64,000 nt of DNA, from NCBI GenBank assembly GCA_009103225.1, contig RHPI01003156.1:802159-866158 (forward strand), in the 5' to 3' direction. The stretch is from Chlorokybus atmophyticus (taxonomy: Eukaryota; Plantae; Mesostigma and Chlorokybus algae). The notes below the pieces were generated by a model, which was given only the letters and a program-made list of their open reading frames with translations, made no database searches and was not told where the DNA came from. The translations under genes were made by a program, and so were the position numbers. Below are positions 13,495-25,100 of this stretch, in pieces (the first letter of the stretch is position 1; every line of letters starts with the position of its first letter).

Positions 13495-13575
13495 ATACAT
13501 ATATATATATATATATACACACTTATGTATATACGTACATATACATATGTGAATATATATATATATATATATATG
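13495..13575. repeat. (TA)n microsatellite cluster in an AT-rich intergenic region
   Basis: Direct reading of TA runs. Confidence 0.9.
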
Positions 13576-15002
13576 TAACATGATATGTAGTTTTTTATAA
13601 GTAACGAGCCTAATTTCAACAATGTAGCGGCTACATTGATATAAGCATTCATTGCGTCAGTTTAAGCATTATATATAACTTGCACGCCATGACCAATGTG
13701 TTGATTTATTCAACAATGCAAAGGTCGTACACAAGATCACCCAACGCAAGCCTCAATTTAAACTCGTACAAAGTCCCATAAAGACATGCGTATCACTTTT
13801 GTGGTACGACTTTGACTCCAAAATCTTGAAATGTAAGCGTCGTCCGCTTAATTGGCTTACTGGGCATTGCCCGTCATTACCTAAAAGAGCAATTGCCATA
13901 TCATCACAATACATTGATAGATTATGTCATTTTAGATAAGCATACATGTGCACGTAGTTTTGACGGGGGGNNNGGGGGGGGGGGGATGTTGGCAAGGTGC
14001 TGTGCATTAAATTGTTGTGGCCCACTGGGTAAGGTGCAACTTGCGCTGAGCCATTCATTTTCGCCCATTCGTCCAATTTTCCGGTCCGGTGCCACTTCAC
14101 ACTTCACCGATCCCGCCGCGCGCTCCCCCCCGTGCATTCGTCGTTTCGAGCCAAAAGCGGGCCAATGGCAGCTCGTCGAAGCCGTCGCGCGCCGGATACA
14201 AACTTTCAAAATTCAACGGACAGAGCGCTGGAGCGTGCCTCACCGGGTTCCTTCAACTAACCGGGTCGCCGGCACTGCATGGCGGTTAGATGCAACTCGT
14301 AAACGTCGTCTTCGACGTTTCGTTGAGCGAACGCGGTCAGGTTCGCTCGACATGCTCAGTCAGCGCGCGCGCTAAACTGTCAAGTGTCTCAGTTCGCGCT
14401 TAACCGCTGTTCATATATAATGCACTCAGCTGCCGGCATAGCATCTGTTATTATTAGCGTTTCTGTGCGGCGGTGGTGGTCTTCGTCGTCCCCGGCGTGT
14501 TTGTCGTTGTTGGCGGGGTTCTGGAGGTCGTTGCACACGGCGCGGCAGGTGCGGGTGGTTACGCTGCTGCCTTCTGCTGCTCTTTTCACTCACAGTAGCT
14601 CACAGCTCGCAAGCCTGTCGGCGTGTCCGCCATAGCCAACTCTTCTCGTAAGCTTTGCAGCTTTTGTCAGTTTGTGTGGTGGTCGTTGTTGGATAGCTTG
14701 TTGGCGGCGGTGGCGGCGGGCAGGTCGCTGCTTTGTACACAGCTTCATCACTGCATTGCGCAGCAAGTGGTACACGCTCTCAAGGGTGCTGTTCACTCGG
14801 GTGTTGACGCAGCTTGCCTCTCATGCCTGACTCATGCTTGCCGTCAGGGTTTCAGCTTGCCGTCCTGTCAGGGTGTGCGTCTCAGGCTTGTGTGTGACGT
14901 GCAGTCTTGTGCGGCGTTGTTTGCTAAATTCGTTAGCGTTGTGATGAAGCAGGCCTTGTGTGCTTGGTGTACTCACGCATAACTTGGTGTGGTTGAACAG
15001 TG

Positions 15003-16130
15003 ATGGCCCCCAAAGCGGAGAAGGCTGCAGCCGAGAAGGCTGAGAAGGCCGAGAAGGCCGACAAGCCTGAGAAGGCGGAGAAGGTAGAGAAGCCTGAGAA
15101 GGCCGAAAAGGCTGAGAAGGTGGACAAGCCTGAGAAGGCCCCTAAGGTGGCCAAGGCCTCCAAGGCGGAGAAGGCCCCCAAGGCGGAGAAGGCCGAGAAG
15201 CCTGCCAAGGCCAAGGCCCCTGTTGTCAAGCGGGACCATCCCAAGTATGATGAGATGGTGAAAGAAGCCATCCTTGCTCTCAAGGAGAAGACAGGTTCCT
15301 CTACACTTGCCATCGCCAAGTACCTCGAGAGGGTGAGTGTGTTGGCATGTTTGTACATGCAGCTGTGCAGTCGGTGTCCTGGTTTTCAGCTGGCTTACCT
15401 GCTGTCGCGCAGGAGTATGCAGGAAAGCTGCCTTCGAACTTCAGGAAGCTTCTCAACAACCAGCTCAAGAACATGATCAAGGTGGACAAGCTGAAGCAGG
15501 TAAAGAACTCTTACAAGCTGTCTGACAGCTTCAAGCCCAAGCCTGTCAGGAAGCCCTCCATGCGCAAGCCCAAGGTGGGTGCTAGCTTCAGCTGGCAGCT
15601 TTGGGACTGAGGTTCGCGTGTGGCCTTATGCAAGGCTGACCAGTGGTTAAATGTTAAGCAGGCTGCCAGCGAGAAGAAGCCAACGGTCAAGAAGGCAACA
15701 ACTCCTAAGAAGCCTGCTGCCAAGCCAGTGACCCCAAAGAAGGCAGTTGCTGCCAGGCCAGCAGCAACCAAGGCTGCTGCTCCAAAGCCAGCCAAGGCTT
15801 CCACACCCAAGAAGGCTGCAACGCCAACTAAATCCCCCAAGGTGCGTTAGTTGTGTGCATGACCCGATCTTGACTTGGTTATTCTGAACAGTTCGTTGCA
15901 TACTTTCGGACTTCATGTCACGCACTGACACTCTGTTGCAGGCTGCCAAGCCCAAGGCTTCACCTGCCAAGCCCAAGGCTAAGCCAAAGACCGCTGCGCC
16001 AAAGCCAAAGACAGCAACTGCAGCTCGCAAATCACCGGCCAAGAGGAAGGCTCCTGCTACAAAAGAGGCAAAGGCCCCTGCTGCTAAGAAAGCCAAGAAG
16101 GCATCAGCAGCGCCCGCCCCTGCGTCGTAG
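15003..16130 (+). CDS. H1: Linker histone H1, 4 coding exons (15003-15332, 15413-15574, 15662-15841, 15942-16130), 286 aa
   Basis: Globular domain HPKYDEMVKEAILALKEKTGSSTLAIAKYLE-REYAGKLPSNFRKLLNNQLKNMIKVDKLKQVKNSYKLS and a K/A/P-rich tail. Three canonical phase-0 GT-AG introns join all exons in frame. An acceptor AG just before the ATG suggests a 5' UTR intron. Confidence 0.97.
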
Positions 16131-16178
16131 GGTGCTGCTGGTGTGGCCCTACTGTAAATACCCTACCCTCCTCTCAAT

Positions 16179-16202
16179 GGTGTTTTATATAAACACCACC
16201 CA
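16179..16202 (+). promoter_or_regulatory. Histone 3' stem-loop-like element followed by ACCCA
   Basis: GGTGTTT-TATAT-AAACACC-ACCCA lies 48 nt after the H1 stop codon. TGTAA is at 16153-16157. Confidence 0.6.
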
Positions 16203-16689
16203 TCTGCTGGCGATCTGTCGCTCTATGCTGTGGTACAACGCAGCGCCTGTATAGATGCCGCGTACTCATCACACCAGTCTCACCAGCTGGCACGCCTTAT
16301 TACTAGCTACTATACTATTACTGGATGTTGTACTGTGCGGTAGTGTTGGATGATGGGCGGTAGGTTCTGCTGAGTCTGTTTGGCAGGTATTGGGAAACTA
16401 GCAGTCTGGTGTTAAATAACAAACCTGCAATCAGGTTTGCGGTTGACAGTGGGTTTGCAGTGCAGTGTTGTGGTCAAGTGCATTGAGGAGGTGAAGTGAG
16501 CACTCTGCGGAACATACTAGGCAGCAGACCGTAACTATGTGTAAGCAAGTATGCTGATAATGTTTGCTTTGATGTACAAACAATGCACAACAGTATGTGT
16601 GTGCTTGTACTCCGGGCCCCTCAATTTTACCCGCTGCGGTGGAGAGTTGAATTGTTGTGTGACACGTTGTATCAACAGCAAGCAGTGCA

Positions 16690-17310
16690 GAGGACCAGCT
16701 TGCCCAAGGTCACAGTCGGCAATCACAACGCACTGCTATCTTTAGTGAGGCAACCAGGCCAGGTGGGAGGCAGGCCTCCCACTCGCTAAGACTGCTACTA
16801 GCAACTGACGCTATGCTGGAATCAACATACAATCGTTCAAATGCAGTGTACATGTCTGGGATACACATGCTATAGCGCACTACAGCATATGCCCTGCTGG
16901 GCTTCTTCTGTAATCAACGAGGACAACCCGTGTGCTGGCCGCATCAATGCGTGCTTCTTTGATACCGCAAATGTATTGCGCCTGTCATGCCCTTCTTTGT
17001 TGTTGAAGGGCATGACAGGCGCAATACATTTGCGGTATCAAAGAAGCACGCATTGATGCGGCCAGCACACGGGTTGTCCTCGTTGATTACAGAAGAAGCC
17101 CAGCAGGGCATATGCTGTAGTGCGCTATAGCATGTGTATCCCAGACATGTACACTGCATTTGAACGATTGTATGTTGATTCCAGCATAGCGTCAGTTGCT
17201 AGTAGCAGTCTTAGCGAGTGGGAGGCCTGCCTCCCACCTGGCCTGGTTGCCTCACTAAAGATAGCAGTGCGTTGTGATTGCCGACTGTGACCTTGGGCAA
17301 GCTGGTCCTC
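16690..17310. repeat. Perfect inverted repeat with 306-bp arms (16690-16995 and 17005-17310) and a 9-nt spacer
   Basis: The arms are exact reverse complements by inspection. The right arm ends exactly at the single N at 17311. Confidence 0.95.
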
Positions 17311-17386
17311 NGATCCACCCACAGGCCATCAAAGTCTCCACATAGCAGAAGGTCAGCTGAGCACATTTAGTGTATGTAGTCCATCG

Positions 17387-19504
17387 CTAGACAGCAGTGA
17401 CCAGTTCTGCAACAACTGGCTGCGACACTGGTGTGTAGGGCCACCAGCTGTATGCATTCTCTATGGCATCGTACTCACCATCAACGAGAGGTCGCCGCAA
17501 CCCGCTGCCCCAAGCAGCAATCAACATGGCCTCTGCGCGTCCTGTGTCACGCAATGAACATTAAGCCAAGAGTCACACAACATCTGTCCATCTTACGCTT
17601 CAGTTTTAACATGATTTCCAGTATGTTTGCGTACCATGGTCCATCTTGCGGGCAAGCATGTGCTGAAGCTCTGGAAATAGGGCTATGGCCAGCGCTCTGC
17701 TCATGTCCTGCGCGGAACAATACCTCAATGAAGCCTGCCTCTCAGCAGTGCAGAACTCTAATTGAATCACATTGGGTTGCATAGGCATACATATATCCAT
17801 GTGGTATTTTGAGCTACAAACGCGACAAGATGCACCATACAGCATGCTTGCGCACCGAATGGTCATATACACCGCACGTGGGTGTCATGACGCAGGCAGT
17901 GCGATTTTATCAAAGTAGAATCCACAATGCGCTATCACACGTGTGCTTTGCAGTATAAACTCTCCCTTTCTGTCTCATTAACATTAACAATTGTGCAGCG
18001 ATAGCGGCTGATGACACGCACCTTCAATTCACGCGGCTCTCCCGTGAGACCAAAGGCGCCTTTCCAGGTTCGGGGATGCACCGGCACTATGCGCACCCCA
18101 TGAGCGGCCAACACGCCCAGCCAAACCCCATACCCAAAACCTTGCACATACCAACCCTGCGCCCAATGAATACAATGACGCGCACCAACAAGATCCCCCC
18201 CCCCCCCCCCCACCCCACACAATCGAATACACCGCGACAAGGACATGCAACCAGCAACAAGCCAAGCGCATTAGCTGTTCATGGTGAGAGAGATGTCAAA
18301 CCTGTTTGCCGTCCAGTGCGTATGGTGTACTTTTCTCAATAAACGCAACGCTGCCTACGCACAGAAGGCACCCGTTTTAAGTGATGGTTGCATCTCAGCA
18401 CTTGTACACCGTGCTACTCGCTTGGCCTGCAGATGAAGCAGCAGCTGCCGTCAATCAGCCCGCCTTTGTTGTGCTGTTATGCAAAGTTGTCTCCTACCTT
18501 TCGGCAGTGTCAGTGAGCTCATGAGCTTGTGCGTGGCAACAGGGTCGTGGCGATTGCGCATCGTCTTGCCGACCGCCACCTTTGCGGTGGGCACATCAGA
18601 GACGACTGTCACCCTACCATCTGTAAGGCGCAGGTAAGCCTGCGAAATATGTGCTCGCATTAGCGCAATCTGCTGTGATTGCTTCCAAGAAGCCCACCAC
18701 TGACACTTTTGCATGCAGCACATGCATGCGCTGCATTGCAAGTCAGCAGCATGCACGGGCAATTGCCACATGCTGGCAGAGGCAGTGGAAAGACGTGCAT
18801 AAGGTGCTATGGCAACGGTGGCTTATTGAGTTTCCAGCGACTGAACAGCTGGGAGCATAGGACCATGCGATTAGCAAAAGAGCAACCGTCAGCGTATCAA
18901 GACATGTTAAATGACTTGGTGCAGCTGAGCAGACATGCGAACGTGCAACACTAAAATGTCATTCGGTAGCCAAAACCCGAAGACCTTCTGCTGCTGAAGT
19001 GTCCGACAACGTCTCACATGCATTGACACGTGAAGTGGACACAACGCGGAGTGCGTGTTACTTGAAAAACCACCATGATGACGTTTTTCCACAGCCCGTA
19101 GCCATTATGCATGCGTTCCTGCAACATACCAGTGCTCCTTTGCAGTCGGGATCGACGCCAATTATGCTGGTGGCGTTGCCTGCGGCCTGTGCCACGTCTT
19201 CTGCATCCTCCAACGGGACGGCAACAGCAGTTTTGGCCTTGCGTGCAGCAGGCTTCCTCTTCTTGACAGCCTCCTTAGCTACAGCTGCTAATGCTTCAGT
19301 TGCTGTCGCAACGGAGGCGGCGGCAGCAGCGGTGGTTACGCTTCGCCTGTGCTTACTGCTATGCTGCTGCCTCTCCGCTGCTACTAACAACGCATCTCGC
19401 CTTGTCGCCGCAGCATCTGTCACCAGCTTGATTCCAACAGGCGGCGTGATCAGCAGGCTCCTCAGGCAACACATGCACCCCGCCACCACCGCCGCCGCCG
19501 CCAT
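17387..19504 (-). CDS. MOC1: MOC1-like RuvC-fold plastid Holliday junction resolvase; exons 19504-19130, 18639-18498, 18354-18302, 18156-18022, 17707-17635, 17541-about 17387
   Basis: An Ala-rich transit-peptide-like N-terminus precedes [73 protein letters not shown] and DMSRALAIALFP...RKMDHG-RAEAMLIAAWG. Splice phases are consistent. The exact 3' end is uncertain. Confidence 0.88.
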
Positions 19505-19726
19505 CGCCTACATCGCCAGCAACTTCATGCACTAACTTCTGCCTTTGGTTACTAATCAACCGTCAGGCTGTGAGTGCCTAACTAGTGGACTAACCGAGTT
19601 AATGGCCCCACACTGTAGATATCTGACCTACTTCCTATGTAGGTCCTGCAAAGCCTCTATATCAAGCCGCGCCCCACTGGAAGCGTTGGAGACTTACCCC
19701 CCGGGGCTAGGCGCCGGGGCTTACCT

Positions 19727-20004
19727 CCTAGCACACCAGTTAACGGGGTAGTATAAGGACCTTTTGCCTTAATTGCTCCCTGATGCATTGAAAGGCATTC
19801 AACTAAATGGCCATGATTTAATGATCTCTATTTCTTTTATGCATTTGACAGCCATTTCGCCTTTTCAGATCAGTAACAGGCATAGTATAAAAGGCAGTCT
19901 CGTTTCCATTTCATTGTGTGCTTCGAGCAGTTGCTCCCCTACTATGACCCCTAATACAAGTTGCACCCCTACTAATACAAGTCCTTTGTGACAAGTGTTT
20001 TGCT
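19727..20004 (+). repeat. About 275-bp dispersed repeat; second copy at 51016-51285
   Basis: Both copies start CCTAGCACACCAGTTAACGGGG, end ...GACAAGTGTT(T)TGCT and contain internal GTTGCNCCCCTACTAATACAA repeats. Confidence 0.95.
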
Positions 20005-20199
20005 GTCAATGTTAAAAGGTATCCGACTTTGTCAACGTTGTATTTTCTTTGCTATTTGTCAAGCATCGATTATGTCGATACCAGGCGCAACCAGGCAATT
20101 TAAAGGTGCTGCCCTACCGCGGTAGTCGGCACCCGCTTTGCGTGCGTTGTTTGTTGGCCCGCGTTTTGCGCGGCACCCTAAAGTCGGCGTAAGGTGCCG

Positions 20200-20700
20200 A
20201 TAGTGCGATAGGGATAGGGAAAAGAATAGGGATGATGCCTTTGGCGTTATTAGTATCCTACGCCGCCCAAGTGTGTGCGCGAACAGAAGGGATAGGGATC
20301 GGAATAGGCAAAGAGATAGGGACGGCAATAGGGATAAGGCAAAGAATCAGGATAATGCCTTTGGCACTATCAGCATCCTACGCCGCCCAACTGCGCGAAC
20401 AGTAAAGATAGGGATCCGAATAGGGAAAAAAATAGGGACGGCAATAGGGATAGGGATAGTGTCCGCTGGTAGGGATAGGGAAAAGAATAGGGATAATATC
20501 AGTGGCACTATCAGTATCCTACGCCGCCCAAGTGTGTCGCGCGAACAGTAAGGATAGGGATTGGAATACGGAAAGAGATAGAGACGGCAATAGGGATAGT
20601 GTTCGCGGAGTTGGCAAAGTTGGCAAAGTTGGCGAAGTTGACAATAGTCAATAATCGTACTGATAGGGTAGTTATAGGGATTTTAATAGGGGTAAGCATA
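20200..20700 (+). repeat. (GATAGG)n-rich array with three direct repeats of about 120-140 bp
   Basis: Core TAT(T/C)AG(T/C)ATCCTACGCCGCCCAA...GCGCGAACAG in units starting near 20230, 20350 and 20490. GTTGGC(A/G)AA occurs three times near 20610-20636. Confidence 0.9.
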
Positions 20701-21038
20701 GTGGTAATTGTGATTACGAATATTTCTCCGTCGCCGATTGGTTGTTTCTGATTATGATTGAACCAATAGGAGTTGAGCTTGTGTAATCTCTTGCAATGTA
20801 TATAGGCATGATATTGTCATATCCAATCAAAAACATGTTACTACACATACGTTTCTCAACATAACGCCCTTCAAGCTCAATTTTATTGAGGGTTTGGAGC
20901 TGGTGGCGGCGTAGCTGTTGGCGCGGGCGCGGACTTTGTGGCGGTGGGCATTTGTGGCTACTTGAGTGGCACAGGTGTGTTATTAGGAGTAGTGACATTT
21001 GGTTATTGGTCTTTGAGTGAACACATGATTGGTGAAAC

Positions 21039-24000
21039 ATGGACAATGTTGATGTTGGCAACTCTTCTTGGACTTACTCAACCCAACAACTTTCCACATG
21101 GATTAAAGAGCAACACATGTTCATTGGAGACATGCAATGTTGTGGTCTTTGTGGTGTGACATTATTTGGTCAATTTCAACGCAAAAAAATGAAGCTATAT
21201 GATCTTAATCATGAGATACCTCCTTACGCTATTGCGAACATGTTCATGGGTGACTTTACACGTACACCCACCTCAATGCGAGTTTGTCAAACATGTCACA
21301 ATAAATCGTCACGAAGACATCACACCGTCATGTACTCTACTGAATATATGCGCAAATTATTATCTGAACATCCCGTTGCTGTACAATATTTGGGACTTCT
21401 TAATACAAGCATTTGTTTGGACAGTCAAGGTCCACATAGCCATGGTGTTGGTATGTTGGGGACAAGTTCCTTAATTAAAGGACCACTAATTGTGTGGGAC
21501 AATTATTGCTTTAACATTGATCATGTTCCTGCATCACTTCATGAAGTACTTAGTGAATTGCTCATCACCAATGCACATGTCAGAAAGTCTTTAACCATGT
21601 TGGAATACCCTTCTATTTGTAGTGGAGTACCGGTTGCACATAGTACGATAGTCGAACACATTGTGCGAGAACAATGTCGTCGTGGTTTACTCAATGTAGT
21701 TAATAATCAAGAAAGATTACACGTTCTGACCACATTACTTCCTATTGAGACACCCACCAACAACACACATATACCCAACAATTTGATTGCTGGTGGTTAA
21801 ACTTGTCGTGCCACCAATGCGCATACAATTTTCATTCCTCTGAGGCTAGTACAAACTTAACATTAACAGTTGAAGATGCATTATTTCCAATGAATTTCCA
21901 CAAGGTGTTGGTAGTTTTGATGGTGTACACATACGTCATTTCACTGACTATATTCAAATGCGTTGTTCCATGGCTTTTTCCATGTTCACCTTGTATAAAC
22001 CTTACATACTATTAATGTATCACATCCGTCAAGCCCTGATGTTGGTTACTCAATGTCGCACCATATTATTAAACAAATCCATCATGAAATATCGCAAGGA
22101 TCACCCAAATTCATCAGATGAAGATACTATTCGTCATATCATCAAGTACAAAATCCCTAATTCTATTATAGGATCACCCAGTTGGCATCGCACACAATTG
22201 GGTGACTTGCTTACTTTGGTTGATCATTGGGGTATGCCTACGCTGTTTGTCACGTTAACTGCTGATGAAGTAAGCGAAACCAAATGGCCCGAAATTGTTG
22301 ACGTTTAAAACTTTCTCAAAAACATCGATCCAAACTTTACGTGGCGTGATGCACCCATTGAATGTGCCAGATTGTTTCATCATCGTTTTACAGTGTTTTT
22401 TCAAACATACATCATACGCAAGAAAATTTTAGGTAATGTAGAACACTACGTGATACGTTATGAAACTCAACATCGCGGGTCTTTACATGCTCATGTTATG
22501 GTTATCTCAAGATGATATTGAACGTGTTTCAAATGAGATTGTTGCATTCATACCGGGACAGTATGATGATAACACTGAAACCATAATTCCACCAACTGAC
22601 ACATACCAACGTGTGTTATTTGAGTATATAAGGAAAAACAATTACACATTTGTAGCCCCGTCGGAAGTTGTCGTGCTTTCAATAATGAATGTCGTTACAG
22701 TTTTCCATATGATACCTAATCAGAGCGTGTAGCCAAATTCAATGGCAATAGTAAACGTTATGATTATTACCGACCACGTTATCAAGATCGTAATGTTGTT
22801 CCATATCATACGTCGTTGTTACTTTTATGGGGTGCATATTGTAATGTACAGAAGGTGACAAATGATAATTGGTCTTTATATATACTTAAGTACACTATGA
22901 AGACTGAACCGCTCGGGGCACTGAATATTAATATTGACAATGCAAAATCATTGAGATTGAATGGTTTATCAGATACCGAATTACGATTTATTAGTGCCAT
23001 GTACTTGTCTAAACCATTATCTCCATGTGAAGCTGCTATGACTTGCTTGGAAAACCTATTATCCAAAAATCAAGCCGTGTGATTTACATCGACTCTCATA
23101 TGCCTTCGTCGCGTACCAAACTATTACAAGGTGCTCAACATGTTGTGATACATTCAATTGACATTCATTGTGCACGCCCACAGGAATTGGAGTTGGTGTC
23201 CTTTTGCGAGTACTTTCGTCAATATTATCGCACCAAAGGTGTCAACAACTCCTCACGGTACGTTCTGCCCAAAGACACGTTCATTGACTCACTGGGGTTT
23301 GTTGTGAATCAACTATAAGAATCACAGATTGTCAAATTCACAGATTGTCATCATGTGCATAACATGGAAGGATACTTTTTCAATCATCTATTAAGCAAAG
23401 TTCATTTTAGGAGTGAGCATGAGTTATTAAGTGATGACAATGAACAACGCTCATATTATGATGAATGCATTATTCGTGGGTATTTGGATGATAATACCTA
23501 CACTTTGGAACAACATATTATCACCTATTGTACTAAACACTTATTTACGGATTATCAAATACAACAATTACTTACGCAAATGGTTGGAAAGCAATCAGTT
23601 GATACTACCACCAACATTCCTAATATGAATGATTTGCACATTTACGAAATTGTAACACAACAACAGATTGAGGCATTAGGTTATGTTCATGAGTTTTAAG
23701 ATATTGCACATGGCATGTTAAGTCCCGAGCAACAATGTGTCTTTGATCACATTATTTCACAACACTCGGGTTTTCATGTTATATCGAGGACACCGGGATC
23801 CGGTAAAACGTATTTAACCAAAAAGATCACATATCATTTACGAAATCTAGGGTTAAAAGTTATGCTATGTGCATCTACAGGAGCTGCAGCTATTCGATTA
23901 AGTACAACTGCACGCACTGTTCATACTGCTTTTGGAATACCTTGTGCTGGCAGTTTCTTACCATATTTATCACCCATAGACACACGTTATGCTATAATGA

Positions 24001-24983
24001 ATGCTACTCAAGTTTTTATCATTGACGAATACTCCATGTTAATTGCTGAGATCATTAATTTATTATTTCTGCGCGTTCGGCAGCTATATGACCCAACAAC
24101 ATTTTTAGAAAAGATTCAAATCATTTTTGTTGGTGATCACAAACAACTACCATCGGTTTGCAAACATAGTCGTGGTGAGAACACACAACCTTGTGATAAG
24201 TGTCATAGTGGACATAGTCGTTATTGGAATGTTGCTCACAAACATACACTTAACACCTCTATTCGTCATGATTCTGATCAAGAATACTTGAGATTTCTTA
24301 ATGTCATTCGTAGTGAAGTTCCTTCACAAGGTCTAGTAGAAGATACATTGCATTCTTGTATTATGAATGGTTCATGGGAAAGCAATTTTACTGCAAATAC
24401 TATTACAATTTGCTCTCGTGTTCATGATGTTATACAGTACAACGACAAAGCCATCCGTAGTCTATTTCCTGAAGATGAAATACATATCATCATACTATAT
24501 AGCAATGGTACCAATGAAGTTGACTTGTCAGAGTGGATAAACGAACCCAAATTTCATATGTTAACATCAGTTGCAATACGTGCTAAAGCTATTTTACTTG
24601 CTAATTTAGACTTGAACGTTGGCGCCGCCAACGGTGCTGCAGGAGTTGTTACAAAATTACGCTTTTATTGTGAACATGTATCAGCTATTGAAGTATGTTT
24701 AAATGACACTCAAAAAAGCATTGTAGTCACACGATCCACTTATAAAACACATACACACAAAGGCAAGTCGTTCTATACATCGACGTTTCCATTACAACTA
24801 GCATATGCAATTACAGGACATAAAGTACAGGGTGCTACTCTTAATACACCAACAATTATCAATATGCGACATGCATTTGTGCCCGGGTTGTGGTATGTTG
24901 TGTTGTCAAGAATTACTAACCGATCCTTGTTGACATTGACGGACAAGCCTCAAGCCATTGACATGCAACCCATACCATGGTAA
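21039..24983 (+). pseudogene. Helitron RepHel (HUH Rep plus PIF1 helicase), intronless, with frameshifts and stops
   Basis: N-terminal CxxC motifs (CCGLCG, VCQTC), Rep motif 1 WGMPTLFVTLTADE, HUH RYETQHRGSLHAHVMLWL and YILKY. Helicase motifs TPGSGKT, IIDEYSM, GDHKQLP, FPLQLAYAITGHKVQG and YVVLSR. Confidence 0.95.
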
Positions 24984-25100
24984 CAGGTAAATTGCAATGC
25001 AATTGCATTCATTACATCATATTCAATACCAATCTCTACGTCTATAAATATGTACATATAGTTGTTTTGTTTATATGTTAACACTGACATGCTGATGCAG

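Noticed and set aside
12000-13900. Short ORFs and AT-rich sequence upstream of H1
   Set aside because: No recognisable domains, splice-consistent structure or termini.
14090-14125. Possible plant histone octamer (GATCCGCG) in the H1 promoter
   Set aside because: The sequence is GATCCCGCCGCG, not an exact match.
20230-20545. Three direct repeats with intervening sequence resembling a CRISPR array
   Set aside because: The intervals are low-complexity ATAGGG runs, the repeats are degenerate, there are no cas genes, and the context is eukaryotic.
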